The notes: generated from the sequence alone by a model not told the origin. Positions 10,834 to 21,773 are shown, numbered from the stretch's first letter. The stretch is DNA of 64,000 bases from Candidatus Puniceispirillum sp. (GCA_038116935.1 JAYOFA010000005.1:42208-106207); one strand, 5' to 3'. Numbers and translations are program-made.

Positions 10834-11799
10834 ATGGGGCAGCGCATGACACGGATCAAACTGCCAAACTGGATGGCCGGTGACTGGTTGACCAATCGGC
10901 GAATTCTTTTGGCGGTCATTTTTGCTGCCGGTTTTGGTGTTGCCGGTCCGGGGCTTTTTGGCTTTGGCCCGCCAAAATGGTTTTCCGCTGATGATAACAA
11001 ATCGTCAAGCCTTGCTGCCACCTTAGCCGTTACGCCGGTTCCAGCGCCGGTGGTACCGTCTAATGTGTCGCCGCCAGAACCGTCCATCATGCGCGGCCCC
11101 AACAGTGGTGATGCCGGATCAAAAACCGCGCGGCGGCCCCACACCCTGTTGGCATCGCGTATTCCGGCCGGGCATCTGGCATTGTCAGGCGCTGCCCAAA
11201 AGCAATCATTTATCGATCTTGTGTTACCGTTGATCGCGGCCGCCAATGCTGAAATCGATGCGCACCGTGCGGCTATTCAACAGGCGTTTGACAATGGCGA
11301 CAGGCTGTCCTTGGAAAAATGGGCGGCCCTTTATAAAATTGACGGTGTTGATCTTGACGATGCGGCGCTTTTCAGGCGGCTTCTGTTTCGTGCCGACAAG
11401 GTGCCGGTGCCGCTGGCACTGGCTCAGGCGGCGATTGAATCTGGCTGGGGGACATCGCGCTTTGCCCGCGATGGTAACGCGCTTTTCGGGCAATGGGCGT
11501 GGACAGCCGATGCTGGCATCCGCCCGTTAGAAGCCACCGATGACCGTGTTGTGGTGCGTAGTTTCAGCAGTTTGTTTGATTCGGTCAGGGCCTATATCCA
11601 TAATCTGAATACGCATTACAGCTATGCTGATTTTCGGGCAGAACGTGCCGAGGTGCGGACATTGCCAGCACGGCAAAAAACCGATCGGCTTGTTACCCAT
11701 CTTCACAGCTATGCCGAGATTGGTATGGTCTATGTCAAGAAATTGCAGCGTTTGATCAAATCAAACAATTTATATCGCTATGCGATCGCCACCAGTTAA
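10834..11799 (+). CDS. Bax-like / glucosaminidase-domain protein (peptidoglycan hydrolase family)
   Basis: N-terminal TM/signal region and glucosaminidase-type motif ALAQAAIESGWGTSRFARDGNALFGQW. Confidence 0.75.
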   Translation: MGQRMTRIKLPNWMAGDWLTNRRILLAVIFAAGFGVAGPGLFGFGPPKWFSADDNKSSSLAATLAVTPVPAPVVPSNVSPPEPSIMRGPNSGDAGSKTARRPHTLLASRIPAGHLALSGAAQKQSFIDLVLPLIAAANAEIDAHRAAIQQAFDNGDRLSLEKWAALYKIDGVDLDDAALFRRLLFRADKVPVPLALAQAAIESGWGTSRFARDGNALFGQWAWTADAGIRPLEATDDRVVVRSFSSLFDSVRAYIHNLNTHYSYADFRAERAEVRTLPARQKTDRLVTHLHSYAEIGMVYVKKLQRLIKSNNLYRYAIATS

Positions 11800-11811
11800 A
11801 GCACCCAGCAG

Positions 11812-12849
11812 TTAAGGTATAAGGAATTGCTTGCCAAACCAGCGCCAGCGCCCATCGGTGGCGGGCATGGTACAATTGACCCGCGCCCGGCCGGCGGGCA
11901 ATGGGCCGTGAAACCGTACCTCGACACGCTGGCCAAACCGGGTGATATCAAGGCTGTTATAGGTGGTATTAAAACAGTTTAGCTGTTGCGCTTCGGTCAA
12001 ATCTGGTGCCAGTGTAAAGCCAAACGCCGGTGGGTTTTGATCGATCAAAACATCTTCGGGTAATATCTGGCTGACCTTCAAGGGTAGGCCATTGATTGCT
12101 AGGCTCAGACGCTCTTCGGTCCCATATTGTTCATTCATCGCAAAGCGTGGCAGTTCAAAAAATCCGTCATAACCATGCGCAACCCCTGAATTTTGGCCAA
12201 ATGCTGCGGTAAAACCGGCAGCTTTCACCGCGGCAATGACGGCTAAGCTATACTCGCCATAAGGATAGGCAAAAAGTCGCGGCTGAATGCCGATCTCGGC
12301 CAGAAAGCGATCATTGGATTTGGCCAGTTCGGCTGCATTTTCGGCTGCATCAAGGCGGTACATATGGGGATGACTGGCGGTCTGGCTGCCAATTTCAACG
12401 CCGGCGTTCTGCAGTTCGCGGATTTGTGTCCAGCTCATATAGCCGCGTTGGTCGCGATCGACCGGGTCGGTCGCAACGAACAAGGTAAAGGGAAACCCTT
12501 TTTCTTTCAGCCGCGGCCACGCTTCGGTATAAACCGACAGATAGGCATCATCGATGCTTATACCAACGGTCCGGTCGGGAAGCGGTTGGTTTGTCTGCAT
12601 ATGCGCGACGATCTTGCCAAGCGGCCACACGGTATAGCCACCATTGGCCAAAATATCGAGGTGCCGGTCAAACTGTTCAAGCCGGATATTTGTGCTGGGA
12701 ATCGTATCCTCGCCAAAACGGTGATACATCAAAATCACCGCGTGATCGGCGGCGCTGGCCATTTGACTGGTCAGCAGGACGGCGCCGGCCACCGCTAATC
12801 GGCATAAATGATGCTGCCAGTGCCGTATTCTTTGCATGACGTTGGTCAT
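11812..12849 (-). CDS. Polysaccharide deacetylase family protein (NodB homology domain), secreted
   Basis: Signal peptide (AVAGAVLLTSQMASA) and NodB-like motifs ILMYHRFGED and ISIDDAY. Confidence 0.8.
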   Translation of the reverse strand: MTNVMQRIRHWQHHLCRLAVAGAVLLTSQMASAADHAVILMYHRFGEDTIPSTNIRLEQFDRHLDILANGGYTVWPLGKIVAHMQTNQPLPDRTVGISIDDAYLSVYTEAWPRLKEKGFPFTLFVATDPVDRDQRGYMSWTQIRELQNAGVEIGSQTASHPHMYRLDAAENAAELAKSNDRFLAEIGIQPRLFAYPYGEYSLAVIAAVKAAGFTAAFGQNSGVAHGYDGFFELPRFAMNEQYGTEERLSLAINGLPLKVSQILPEDVLIDQNPPAFGFTLAPDLTEAQQLNCFNTTYNSLDITRFGQRVEVRFHGPLPAGRARVNCTMPATDGRWRWFGKQFLIP

Positions 12850-13026
12850 GATTACCGGTCCTTTTTTGGTGTGACTGGCGGGTCGTCCTGTGCCGATGCG
12901 CCCTTGTCACCTGTCCTCGTCTTGGGTAGATGTAACCGATCGGGTCCGGCGCTGGCAATTGTTTAATCGCGGTAGGCTGGCGGCCATGGGGGGCCTCGAT
13001 CGACGCAATCAGATGAGGCGGGACCA

Positions 13027-13731
13027 ATGGTGATTTTGGCATTTGAAGCGAGTGTTAGTGCCTTGTCTGCCGCGGTGCTGTCGGACGATGATGCCGTATC
13101 ATCGGTGTGGGAAGAGGCGCGTTTTGGACAGGCGGCGCGGCTGGTGCCGCTGGCCGTCAGCGCGTTGGCCAAGGCCGGAAAATCATTTGCTGATATCACC
13201 CATGTGGCAGCAGGTTGTGGCCCGGGGTCGTTTACTGGTATCAGGGTGGCGTTGGCGGCAGCCAAAGGTGTGTGTTTGGCACAGGACGTGCCCGGCCTTG
13301 GGATATCCGGGCTTCAGGCCCTCGCGCATCATGCGCGCGCCGATGCGGCGGGCCGGGCAATTCTGGCGGTGGCTGATACCCGGCGCGGTAACCTTTATGC
13401 GCAAATATTCACCGCCAAAGCGGCGCCGGCCAGCGATGTGTTTGACGCCACTGATACGCAGCTGCCGCTGTTGCTGGCGCCGTCTATTGCTGGTCAGGAG
13501 ATTGTGCTTGTCGGCTATGCGGCCACCCAGCTTGTGCCCTTGTTTGCCGATCATGGCCATCACGTGGTCAGCTTGCCAGACATCGCAGCGGCGCCAGTGC
13601 CAACAAGTCCGGATGCGGTGATGATTGCCCGCCTGGCGGCCGACCATATTGCCCACGGCCAAATGCCGGCCCTGTCACCGCTCTATTTAGCCGATCCCCG
13701 CCTGGGGCCAAAAAAGGCAAAAAAACCATGA
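13027..13731 (+). CDS. tsaB: tRNA threonylcarbamoyladenosine biosynthesis protein TsaB (YeaZ)
   Basis: GCGPGSFTGIRVALAAAKG motif. Followed by rimI with an ATGA overlap, the classical tsaB-rimI pair. Confidence 0.88.
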   Translation: MVILAFEASVSALSAAVLSDDDAVSSVWEEARFGQAARLVPLAVSALAKAGKSFADITHVAAGCGPGSFTGIRVALAAAKGVCLAQDVPGLGISGLQALAHHARADAAGRAILAVADTRRGNLYAQIFTAKAAPASDVFDATDTQLPLLLAPSIAGQEIVLVGYAATQLVPLFADHGHHVVSLPDIAAAPVPTSPDAVMIARLAADHIAHGQMPALSPLYLADPRLGPKKAKKP

Positions 13732-14204
13732 TCCGGCCGGTACGGCCAGCCGATTATGACGCCATTCTATCGCTTGAGGCGCTGCTGTTCACCTCGGCGT
13801 TTGACAAGCGGCATCTGACACATCTTCTCGCACAGCCGGGCGGCGTGGCTTTTGTTGCCGACTTTGCGGCGGAAAAAGATCGACCGGTCGCGGACCCGTT
13901 TGCTGGTTATATCATCGTGCAGACTGTTGGCGGTGAAGCAGAAATTTTATCGCTGGCGGTTGCCCCGCTGGTGCGGCGGCGCGGTGTCGGCGCGGCTTTG
14001 CTTGGCCATCTTATCGCCCAACGGGACGCGCTAAATATTGGCGCGATCTGGCTTGAAGCGGCGGCCGACAATATGGCAGCTATTCGCCTTTATGAAAAAG
14101 CCGGATTTATTGTATCTGGCCACCGGCCGCATTATTATCGGCGCCCCGGTGGGGCAGTCGATGCGGTGCTGATGAAATGCCTGATGACAGAGGCTTTTTC
14201 TTGA
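13728..14204 (+). CDS. rimI: Ribosomal-protein-alanine N-acetyltransferase (GNAT)
   Basis: GNAT acetyl-CoA motif RRRGVGAALLGHL and AIRLYEKAGF. Context directly after tsaB. Confidence 0.8.
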   Translation: MIRPVRPADYDAILSLEALLFTSAFDKRHLTHLLAQPGGVAFVADFAAEKDRPVADPFAGYIIVQTVGGEAEILSLAVAPLVRRRGVGAALLGHLIAQRDALNIGAIWLEAAADNMAAIRLYEKAGFIVSGHRPHYYRRPGGAVDAVLMKCLMTEAFS

Positions 14205-14246
14205 CCAGCTTTACTGCAAGACGTTACAAGGGGCCTTGTATTTGCT

Positions 14247-15626
14247 GTGCAAAATGATGGCGTACCACCATTGACCAAAAAACTGTTTATTAAAACCTAT
14301 GGCTGTCAGATGAATGTTTATGATTCTGACCGCATGACCGATGTTCTGGCACCGCTTGGCTATGCGCCGACCGATCAGGTTGATGATGCCGATATGGTCA
14401 TTCTGAATACCTGCCATATTCGCGAAAAGGCATCGGAAAAGGTGTTTTCCGAATTGGGTCGCTTGCGGCAATTGCAGCAGCGGGCGGCCGACCAGCAAGG
14501 CCGCCGCCTGACGATTGCGGTTGCCGGCTGTGTTGCCCAGGCAGAAGGTGAAGAAATCACCCGGCGGGCGCCGTGGGTAGATATTGTGGTTGGGCCGCAA
14601 ACCTATCACCGGCTTCCGGAACTTGTCGGCAAAGTCGACCCGGAAAGCCGCCAGCGCGCGATTGACACCGATTTTCCAGAAGAGGTCAAATTTGACTTTT
14701 TGCCGGGTGAGCATGCGCCGCGTGGCCCCGCCGCCTTTTTGAGTGTGCAAGAAGGCTGTGACAAATTTTGCGCCTTTTGTGTTGTGCCCTATACACGCGG
14801 TGCGGAATTTTCCCGTCCGGTGAACACGGTCCTTGCCGAGGCGCGGCGGCTGGTCGCAACGGGTACCCGTGAAGTGACTTTGTTGGGACAGAATGTGAAT
14901 GCCTATCATGGCGAAACCGACGGTGGCAGTATATGGGGGCTTGGCCGGTTGATCCGCGAATTGGCCGATATCGACGGCCTGGACCGTATCCGTTACACCA
15001 CCTCGCATCCGCTTGATATGGATGATGACTTGATTGCAGCGCATGGTGATGTGCCACAGCTGATGCCCTATCTGCATTTGCCGATTCAGTCCGGGTCCAA
15101 CCATATATTGCGTGAAATGAACCGGCGTCACGATCGTGATGTTTATTTGGCCTTGATCGACCGGTTGCGGGCGGTGCGGCCCGATATCGCCATGTCGGGT
15201 GACTTTATTGTCGGGTTTCCGGGTGAGTCTGATCGCGACTTTGCCGACACCTTGTCGTTGGTGAATGCGGTTGGGTACGCCTCGGCCTATTCATTCAAAT
15301 ATAGCCCACGCCCCGGCACACCGGCCGCAACAATTGACCAGCAAGTGCCGGAAGCGGTCAAATCTGAACGGCTTGAAAGCCTGCAGCAATTATTGAATGC
15401 CCAGCAATTGGCATTCAACAAGACCACGGAAGGGCGGGTGGTCGATGTGCTTGTCGAGCGCGCCGGCGGCCGTGCTGGGCAAATGGCTGGGCGCAGCCCC
15501 TATATGCAGGCGATCAATTTTGTTGGCACCGCCGATCAAATTGGCAAGATTTTGTCATGCCGGTTGTCAGCAGCCCGACAAAACAGCATGAGCGGTGAGA
15601 TCATTGACCTTAAGGGGGCAGCGTGA
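14247..15626 (+). CDS. miaB: tRNA-2-methylthio-N6-dimethylallyladenosine synthase MiaB
   Basis: UPF0004 N-terminal [13 protein letters not shown], radical-SAM CxxxCxx[23 protein letters not shown]-terminus. Confidence 0.94.
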   Translation: MQNDGVPPLTKKLFIKTYGCQMNVYDSDRMTDVLAPLGYAPTDQVDDADMVILNTCHIREKASEKVFSELGRLRQLQQRAADQQGRRLTIAVAGCVAQAEGEEITRRAPWVDIVVGPQTYHRLPELVGKVDPESRQRAIDTDFPEEVKFDFLPGEHAPRGPAAFLSVQEGCDKFCAFCVVPYTRGAEFSRPVNTVLAEARRLVATGTREVTLLGQNVNAYHGETDGGSIWGLGRLIRELADIDGLDRIRYTTSHPLDMDDDLIAAHGDVPQLMPYLHLPIQSGSNHILREMNRRHDRDVYLALIDRLRAVRPDIAMSGDFIVGFPGESDRDFADTLSLVNAVGYASAYSFKYSPRPGTPAATIDQQVPEAVKSERLESLQQLLNAQQLAFNKTTEGRVVDVLVERAGGRAGQMAGRSPYMQAINFVGTADQIGKILSCRLSAARQNSMSGEIIDLKGAA

Positions 15627-16603
15627 CCCGGGCCAAAGCCAGCAGCCTGCGGCTGGAGTTTGATGACAATGTGATGGTCGCCCTGTTGTCAGGCGAGCAT
15701 AATCAGCATCTGGCGCATATTGAAAAATCACTTGATGTGACCGTCGATTCATTTGGTAACTGCCTGACAGTGTCAGGGTCAACGGCGGCGACCCGATCGG
15801 CGCGCCAAGTGATCGAAAGCCTCTATAAATGCCTTGCCGACGGCACCCATGATATGGTTGACAAAGCGCTTGTCGATGATGCGCTGCGATGGGTGACGAA
15901 TGGCAATGCCCCTGACGGGCCGCATGCCGCTAGCGCATTCGATACATGGAAGAAAAAGATCGTCGCCAAAACCCGTGGTCAGGCCGACTATATGAACCTG
16001 CTGCGGCAGAATGAGGTGGTTTTTGGGCTTGGGCCAGCCGGTACCGGCAAAACCTATATTGCTGTGGCGCGCGCTGTTGAAGCGTTGAAAAAACGTGAAG
16101 TCGAACGGATCATTCTCTCACGGCCGGCGGTTGAAGCTGGCGAACGGCTAGGCTTTTTGCCGGGTGACATGAAAGAAAAGGTCGATCCCTATCTGCGGCC
16201 GCTTTATGACGCGCTCTATGACATGATGCCGGCTGACAAGGTTGACCGTATGTTGGCCAGTGGCGAGATCGAGATTGCCCCGTTGGCCTTTATGCGCGGC
16301 CGTACCTTGACCGCCGCACATGTGATTATCGACGAGGCGCAGAATACAACGCCGGTGCAGATGAAAATGGTGCTGACCCGGCTTGGTCAGGATTCGCATA
16401 TGGTCATTACCGGCGATCTGGGGCAGGTCGATTTACCGTCAGGCCAGCCCTCTGGCCTTGCCGAGGCGGTATCCTTGCTTGGCGATATCAAGGGGGTCGG
16501 CATTATCCATTTGTCAGGTCGGGACGTGGTACGTCATCCGGTTGTGGCGCGTATTTTGCAGGCCTATGAGGCTGGACAAAAGCGATCAGATGCGGCCAAA
16601 TAG
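15623..16603 (+). CDS. ybeZ: PhoH-family ATPase (YbeZ)
   Basis: Walker [16 protein letters not shown] and IIDEAQNTT. Sits in the conserved miaB-phoH-ybeY-corC-lnt order. Confidence 0.92.
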   Translation: MTRAKASSLRLEFDDNVMVALLSGEHNQHLAHIEKSLDVTVDSFGNCLTVSGSTAATRSARQVIESLYKCLADGTHDMVDKALVDDALRWVTNGNAPDGPHAASAFDTWKKKIVAKTRGQADYMNLLRQNEVVFGLGPAGTGKTYIAVARAVEALKKREVERIILSRPAVEAGERLGFLPGDMKEKVDPYLRPLYDALYDMMPADKVDRMLASGEIEIAPLAFMRGRTLTAAHVIIDEAQNTTPVQMKMVLTRLGQDSHMVITGDLGQVDLPSGQPSGLAEAVSLLGDIKGVGIIHLSGRDVVRHPVVARILQAYEAGQKRSDAAK

Positions 16604-16664
16604 CAGATATATGCCCTAGGGTGCGACCAGCAGCCTGGCGGTGGTTCGAACAGATAGTTGATAG

Positions 16665-17297
16665 ATGACAGCCGACAGCCCGAAAAGTGACACAAATCCG
16701 GAGCCTGACAGTCCCGACGCGGCGCTGTTTGTTGCACAGGACTGGCGCTCGCCGCGCGGCGCGGTGATCGAAGCGCGCATTGATCCGGCTTTTTGGCCTG
16801 AAGATCTGTTAGCCGACCTTGGCCAGCGCGGCCCGTTGATGCTTGATCATCTGGTTGACACGCTGTCGATTGATCCGCCCTTTGTCAGCCTTCTTTTATG
16901 CGGTGATGATGAAATGCGCGTGATGAATCATCAGCATCGCGGCTATGACAAATCAACCAATGTGCTGTCTTTTCCGGCCTATGACGGCGAGGCTGGTGGT
17001 GACTGGCCCGCCGTGCCGGAACTCGTTCATGGCTCTGATAGTGACCCAAGCATCGGTGATATCGCGATTGCTGGCGAGACGGTACGGCGTGAGGCCGCCG
17101 CAGCACATTTGTCACCGCCTGATCATTTACTGCATTTGTTCACGCATGGTGTACTGCATTTGCTTGGCTATGACCATATTGATGATGCGATGGCAGATGA
17201 AATGGAAACGCTCGAAATTAGGTTGTTGGCCAGCATGAATGTCGCCAACCCTTATGATGATGCGGCATATGGCAGTGGCACGCGGGAGACCGGATGA
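16665..17297 (+). CDS. ybeY: Endoribonuclease YbeY (rRNA maturation)
   Basis: Zinc motif HGVLHLLGYDH and NVLSFP. At 210 aa it is longer than typical because of an acidic/Pro-rich N-terminus and an insertion after NVLSFP. Confidence 0.9.
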   Translation: MTADSPKSDTNPEPDSPDAALFVAQDWRSPRGAVIEARIDPAFWPEDLLADLGQRGPLMLDHLVDTLSIDPPFVSLLLCGDDEMRVMNHQHRGYDKSTNVLSFPAYDGEAGGDWPAVPELVHGSDSDPSIGDIAIAGETVRREAAAAHLSPPDHLLHLFTHGVLHLLGYDHIDDAMADEMETLEIRLLASMNVANPYDDAAYGSGTRETG

Positions 17298-18139
17298 TGA
17301 TGGCGCTGTTTGGTAAATTATTCCCCTGTCTTGCCAAACCGTCATCACGACGCGATGAATTGACCGAATTGCTGCAGGAATCAATCGAAGACAAAACCAG
17401 TTTTGACAGCCATGAAGGGGCGCTGTTGCGGAACCTTCTGGGGTTGCGTGACAAGACCGCGATCGATGTGATGATCCCGCGCGCCGATATTGTCTCGGTT
17501 GCCCTGACCGACAGCCTTGATGACATTGTAAAACAAATGAGTGCGGCCAATCATAGCCGTGTGCCGGTCTATCGTGACACGTTGGATGATGTCGCCGGAA
17601 TCATCCATATAAAGGATCTTGTTACGCATTTGCGGAATGGCAAAACGCCAGCTGTTCAGAGCCTTTTGCGGCCGGCGCTGTTTGTTTCGCCAACCATAAG
17701 ATTGCTTGACCTGCTTAATGAAATGCGGTTGCGACGGCGGCATTTGGCGCTGGTTGTTGATGAATTTGGCGGGGTCGATGGGCTGATTACCATCGAGGAT
17801 TTGGTCGAGGAAATTGTCGGCGAAATCGAGGATGAACATGATACCGTCACCACGCCGCGTTTTGATCGCAAAAGTGATGGCACAGCGATTGCCGATGCGC
17901 GGTTGGAAATTGATATTCTCGAAGCGATCACCGGGCCACTTCTTGATGATGACGAGCGTGACGAGGTTGATACAATCGGTGGTCTGGTCTTCAGCCTTGC
18001 CGGACGGGTGCCTGGTCATGGCGAGGTGGTCCGGCATCGCGGTGGTGTCCAGTTCGAGATTCTTGAAGGCGACCCACGGCGGATAACCCTCTTGAAAATT
18101 CGCGGATTGCCGCGCGATGATCTTGCCAAGGCGGTCTAA
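17294..18139 (+). CDS. corC: CBS-domain / CorC_HlyC transporter-associated protein (CorC/TlyC family)
   Basis: CBS pair followed by TIEDLVEEIVGEIEDEHD and a CorC_HlyC C-terminal domain. The ATGA overlaps the ybeY stop. Confidence 0.88.
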   Translation: MMMALFGKLFPCLAKPSSRRDELTELLQESIEDKTSFDSHEGALLRNLLGLRDKTAIDVMIPRADIVSVALTDSLDDIVKQMSAANHSRVPVYRDTLDDVAGIIHIKDLVTHLRNGKTPAVQSLLRPALFVSPTIRLLDLLNEMRLRRRHLALVVDEFGGVDGLITIEDLVEEIVGEIEDEHDTVTTPRFDRKSDGTAIADARLEIDILEAITGPLLDDDERDEVDTIGGLVFSLAGRVPGHGEVVRHRGGVQFEILEGDPRRITLLKIRGLPRDDLAKAV

Positions 18140-19646
18140 CACATCGTCTGTAAGCGGCCGTCTTGTCTGGCATTTTTTGGCCGGTGCCGTGGCCAGCCTG
18201 GCAGTTCCACCCTTGTTCCTGATACCGGCGATTTTCGCTCTATCGGTCCCGATGATCGGTTATCTCAACGCATCCGGCCGCAGGGCGGCGGCGGCGATAT
18301 GGATGGCCGCCGGCAGTGGCTGGTTTCTGGCCTCGACTTATTGGGTCGCCCATGCGTTGATAATCGACAATCCGGGCCTGTGGTTTTTGATGCCGCTGAT
18401 GGCCGCCGCGCTGGCGGCTGGACTTGCCTTGTTTTGGGCCGCCGCCGCGGCTTTGTCTTGGTCGCTTGGCCGGACCGCGCTTGGCCGGTCTTTCTGGTTG
18501 GTTGTGATGCTTGGCCTTGCTGAATGGTGTCGTGGCTTTGTTGCCACCGGTTTTCCGTGGAACATGCCTGGCAGTTTGTTTGCGGTTGATGTGGCCAGCT
18601 TGCAGGCTGCCAGTCTTTTTGGTGCTTATGGGTTAACGTTGCTGGCGTTGCTGTTGGCGATGGTGCCAGCCTTTTGGGCGGTTGGCGGTCAGCGATTTGC
18701 GGTGATCTGGCTGCTGGTGCCGTTTGGCCTGGTTGGTGCCGGTATCTGGCGCCTTGAAAACGCCCCGCCGTGGGATCATCAGATAGGGGGCGATATCGGG
18801 CCGGTGGTGCGTCTTGTGCAACCGGCGATACCGCAAACCGAAAAATGGGACCCGACGAAACGGGCCGATCATCTCGCCCGGCTGGTTGGCCTGTCACGCC
18901 ATAAAACGCCCATTCCCGATCTTGTTATCTGGCCGGAAACAGCATTTGCCGGCTTTCCCGGACGGGAACCGGATCTGGTTGCGGGGCTCGCCCGCCAAGC
19001 CACCGCTGATAGCGGATTTTTGCTGATGGGCGCGCCGCGCCTGGAACCCGGTCGCCGCTTGTTAAATGGGGCCATTCTCTATGCGCATGATGGCACCCAT
19101 GCCGGGGCCTATGACAAGCGCCATCTGGTACCGTTTGGCGAATATATCCCGTTTCGGCAGCTCTTTCCGTTTGTCAGCGCCTTTGCCGGGCCGATTGATT
19201 TTTCCCCCGGACAAAGCAACCGACTTTTGCCATTTGGCAACAACCGCCGTATGCAGCTATTGATTTGCTATGAGGTGATTTTCTCTGGCCGGGTGATCGA
19301 TCGGGCCGCCCGTCCCGACGTTATGGTCAATCTGACCAATGATGCCTGGTTTGGTGACAGTGCTGGCCCGTGGCAACATCTTTTTCACGCCCAGATGCGC
19401 ACCGTCGAAGAAGGTGTGCCGCTGTTACGGGTGGCCAATACTGGGATCAGCGCCGGATTTGACGGCTATGGCCGGCCGCTTGGCGTGCTGCCGCTGGGGG
19501 CAGTGGGGGCGCTTGACCTTAGGGTGCCACCCGCCTTGCGCCCGACAATTTTTTCCCAATTTGGCAATCTTGCTTTTTTTGGCTTGTTGGTGCTGAATAT
19601 CGGCGTTGCGCTGTGGCTTGACCTGTCACGCCGGATCAGGCAATAA
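18117..19646 (+). CDS. lnt: Apolipoprotein N-acyltransferase
   Basis: N-terminal multi-TM region plus a CN-hydrolase domain with LVIWPETAF and catalytic Cys in QLLICYEVIF. Start uncertain; as drawn it overlaps the corC end by 23 nt. Confidence 0.9.
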   Translation: MILPRRSNTSSVSGRLVWHFLAGAVASLAVPPLFLIPAIFALSVPMIGYLNASGRRAAAAIWMAAGSGWFLASTYWVAHALIIDNPGLWFLMPLMAAALAAGLALFWAAAAALSWSLGRTALGRSFWLVVMLGLAEWCRGFVATGFPWNMPGSLFAVDVASLQAASLFGAYGLTLLALLLAMVPAFWAVGGQRFAVIWLLVPFGLVGAGIWRLENAPPWDHQIGGDIGPVVRLVQPAIPQTEKWDPTKRADHLARLVGLSRHKTPIPDLVIWPETAFAGFPGREPDLVAGLARQATADSGFLLMGAPRLEPGRRLLNGAILYAHDGTHAGAYDKRHLVPFGEYIPFRQLFPFVSAFAGPIDFSPGQSNRLLPFGNNRRMQLLICYEVIFSGRVIDRAARPDVMVNLTNDAWFGDSAGPWQHLFHAQMRTVEEGVPLLRVANTGISAGFDGYGRPLGVLPLGAVGALDLRVPPALRPTIFSQFGNLAFFGLLVLNIGVALWLDLSRRIRQ

Positions 19647-19711
19647 CCATGCGCTGCCACTCAAGACGCTGACTAGAGCGGTCACGCGTCACCTAATATA
19701 AGGACTGCAAA

Positions 19712-20890
19712 ATGAGCTATATTTTCACATCTGAATCGGTTTCAGAAGGACATCCTGACAAGCTGTGTGACAGGGTTTCGGATACCGTCCTTGATCTGTT
19801 TTTGCAGCATGAGCCTGAAGCGCGTGTGGCATGTGAGACGCTGGCGACAACTAACCGGGTCATTCTGGCGGGTGAAGTGCGGGCCAATAAGGATGTGATG
19901 GATGATATCATGGCCAAGATTGAGCCTGCGGTGCGGGCGGCGGTCAAGGATATTGGCTATGAACAAGATTCGTTCCACCACGCCCATTTTGAATTCCAAA
20001 ATTATCTTCATGGCCAGTCCAGTGATATCGCGATGGGTGTAGACTCGGGCGATAACAAAGATGAGGGTGCCGGTGACCAAGGGCTGATGTTCGGTTATGC
20101 CTGCCGCGAAACCGATGTGTTGATGCCGGCGGCGATTCATTATTCCCACCAAATCCTGAAAGAATTGGCGCAGCTTCGAAAATCTGATCCAAAGTCGATT
20201 TTGGGCCCGGACTCAAAAAGTCAGATCAGTCTTCATTATGACGCGTCAGGTGTGCCGACAGGTGTTCACAAGGTTGTCGTTTCGACCCAGCATCACGCCG
20301 ATGCCACCCAAGCCGAAATCCGCGCCTTGGTAACACCGGTTATCGCCAATGTGTTGCCAGATGGGTGGATGGTTGAAGATGAGGATATCCTGATCAATCC
20401 AACCGGGCAGTTCATCATTGGGGGTCCGGATGGCGATACCGGGCTGACCGGACGCAAGATCATTGTCGACACCTACGGCGGTGCCGCCCCGCATGGCGGC
20501 GGGGCGTTTTCTGGCAAGGATCCAACCAAGGTTGACCGCTCGGCGGCGTATGCCTGCCGCTATTTGGCCAAAAATGTTGTCGCGGCGGGTCTTGCGTCAC
20601 GCTGCACCATTCAGATTGCCTATGCAATCGGTGTGGCCGAACCGGTATCGCTCTATGCTGACACGCATGGTACCGGCACCGTGGACAACCAGCGGCTTGA
20701 GCGGGCGTTGCGTGAGGCGATGAATTTGACCCCACGCGGTATTCGCCAGCATTTGGGCATGAATGCGCCGATTTATGCGCCAAGCGCGGCCTATGGCCAT
20801 TTTGGCCGGGTGGCTGGTGAAGCCGGTGCTGGCACTTTTAGCTGGGAAGCGACCGATCTTGCTGACAGTCTGAAAACAGCGCTTGCCTGA
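19712..20890 (+). CDS. metK: S-adenosylmethionine synthetase
   Basis: [12 protein letters not shown] and [19 protein letters not shown] signature motifs. Confidence 0.97.
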   Translation: MSYIFTSESVSEGHPDKLCDRVSDTVLDLFLQHEPEARVACETLATTNRVILAGEVRANKDVMDDIMAKIEPAVRAAVKDIGYEQDSFHHAHFEFQNYLHGQSSDIAMGVDSGDNKDEGAGDQGLMFGYACRETDVLMPAAIHYSHQILKELAQLRKSDPKSILGPDSKSQISLHYDASGVPTGVHKVVVSTQHHADATQAEIRALVTPVIANVLPDGWMVEDEDILINPTGQFIIGGPDGDTGLTGRKIIVDTYGGAAPHGGGAFSGKDPTKVDRSAAYACRYLAKNVVAAGLASRCTIQIAYAIGVAEPVSLYADTHGTGTVDNQRLERALREAMNLTPRGIRQHLGMNAPIYAPSAAYGHFGRVAGEAGAGTFSWEATDLADSLKTALA

Positions 20891-20978
20891 TGCCAGCTTT
20901 GTCTGCGGCTAAAACGGTAATCGCCAAGATGTTAATAGCCAAGACGGTGTAGCCAAACAAAAAGGGCCAGCTAACGTT

Positions 20979-21695
20979 ATGTCGACCCCGTCGGATAAAG
21001 CGCGGTACGATCGGTCTGCGCCCAAATTTTACGGACGGCGCAAGGGCCGGCCGCTTCGCACCAGCATGCAGACTCTATTGGATGCGCGATTGCCAGCGTT
21101 GACATTTGATCCGGCCCGCACCTTGGATACGCAATTTGGCCGGCCAGCTGATAGCTTCCTCGAAATTGGCTTTGGCGGCGGCGAGCATCTTGCCGGTCTT
21201 GCCGCGGCGGCACCAGATGATAATTTCATCGGCGCTGAACCCTTCGTTAATGGGGTGGCCAGCCTGCTGCGGCATATCGAGGCGGATAAGTTGACGAATA
21301 TCCGGATCTGGCCGGACGATGTACGCTTGATTCTGCCGACCCTGCCAGATCACATATTGGCCGGGGCCTATATTATGTTCCCTGACCCATGGCCCAAACG
21401 ACGCCATGCGGCGCGGCGCATTTTGCAACCTGAAATGCTGGATCATCTGGCGCGGTTGATCCGGCCAGGCGGGATGTTGGTGATGGCGAGTGATGATCCA
21501 ACCGCCAAAGGCTGGCTGTTGGCGATGGCGATGGCTCATCCGGCCTTTGACTGGACCGCCAAGCGGCCCGAGGACTGGCGTCAGCGGCCAGCTTTTTTGC
21601 CCGAGACGCGCTATATGAAAAAGGGAGACCGCGCTGGTCGCCGCTCGTCATGGTTTTTGTTTCGTCGCGCTGGTGATTCCTGCCAAAGCGGTTGA
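20979..21695 (+). CDS. trmB: tRNA (guanine-N7)-methyltransferase
   Basis: SAM-binding FLEIGFGGGEHL and FPDPWPKRRH motifs. Confidence 0.9.
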   Translation: MSTPSDKARYDRSAPKFYGRRKGRPLRTSMQTLLDARLPALTFDPARTLDTQFGRPADSFLEIGFGGGEHLAGLAAAAPDDNFIGAEPFVNGVASLLRHIEADKLTNIRIWPDDVRLILPTLPDHILAGAYIMFPDPWPKRRHAARRILQPEMLDHLARLIRPGGMLVMASDDPTAKGWLLAMAMAHPAFDWTAKRPEDWRQRPAFLPETRYMKKGDRAGRRSSWFLFRRAGDSCQSG

Positions 21696-21750
21696 TTTTT
21701 ATCGATGATGCGCGTATATGGATAACAACAATGCTGTCGAATAAAAGACG

Positions 21751-21773
21751 GTGGGCCACTGGCCCACTTTTTT
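21751..21773 (+). terminator. Rho-independent terminator downstream of trmB
   Basis: GTGGGCC-act-GGCCCAC stem followed by TTTTTT. It lies inside the 5' end of the track ORF 21751..22392, which argues for a later rimP start. Confidence 0.7.

Noticed and set aside
14211-15131. 306-aa ORF antisense to miaB
   Set aside because: It lies entirely inside the confidently identified miaB on the opposite strand. The translation is low-complexity and Arg/Gly/His-rich with no recognisable motif. This is a typical shadow ORF of GC-rich coding DNA.
16643-16650. GGTTCGAA, a tRNA T-loop-like string between phoH and ybeY
   Set aside because: The whole intergenic gap is only 61 nt. That is too short for a tRNA, and no acceptor or anticodon stems can be drawn.
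19647-19711. SAM-II/SAM-V type riboswitch upstream of metK (also checked upstream of DUF1737-metZ, 55723-55792)
   Set aside because: The leaders are only about 65-70 nt. They lack the pseudoknot-forming U-rich/AAAGCU elements I associate with SAM-II. An Infernal scan would be the decisive test.
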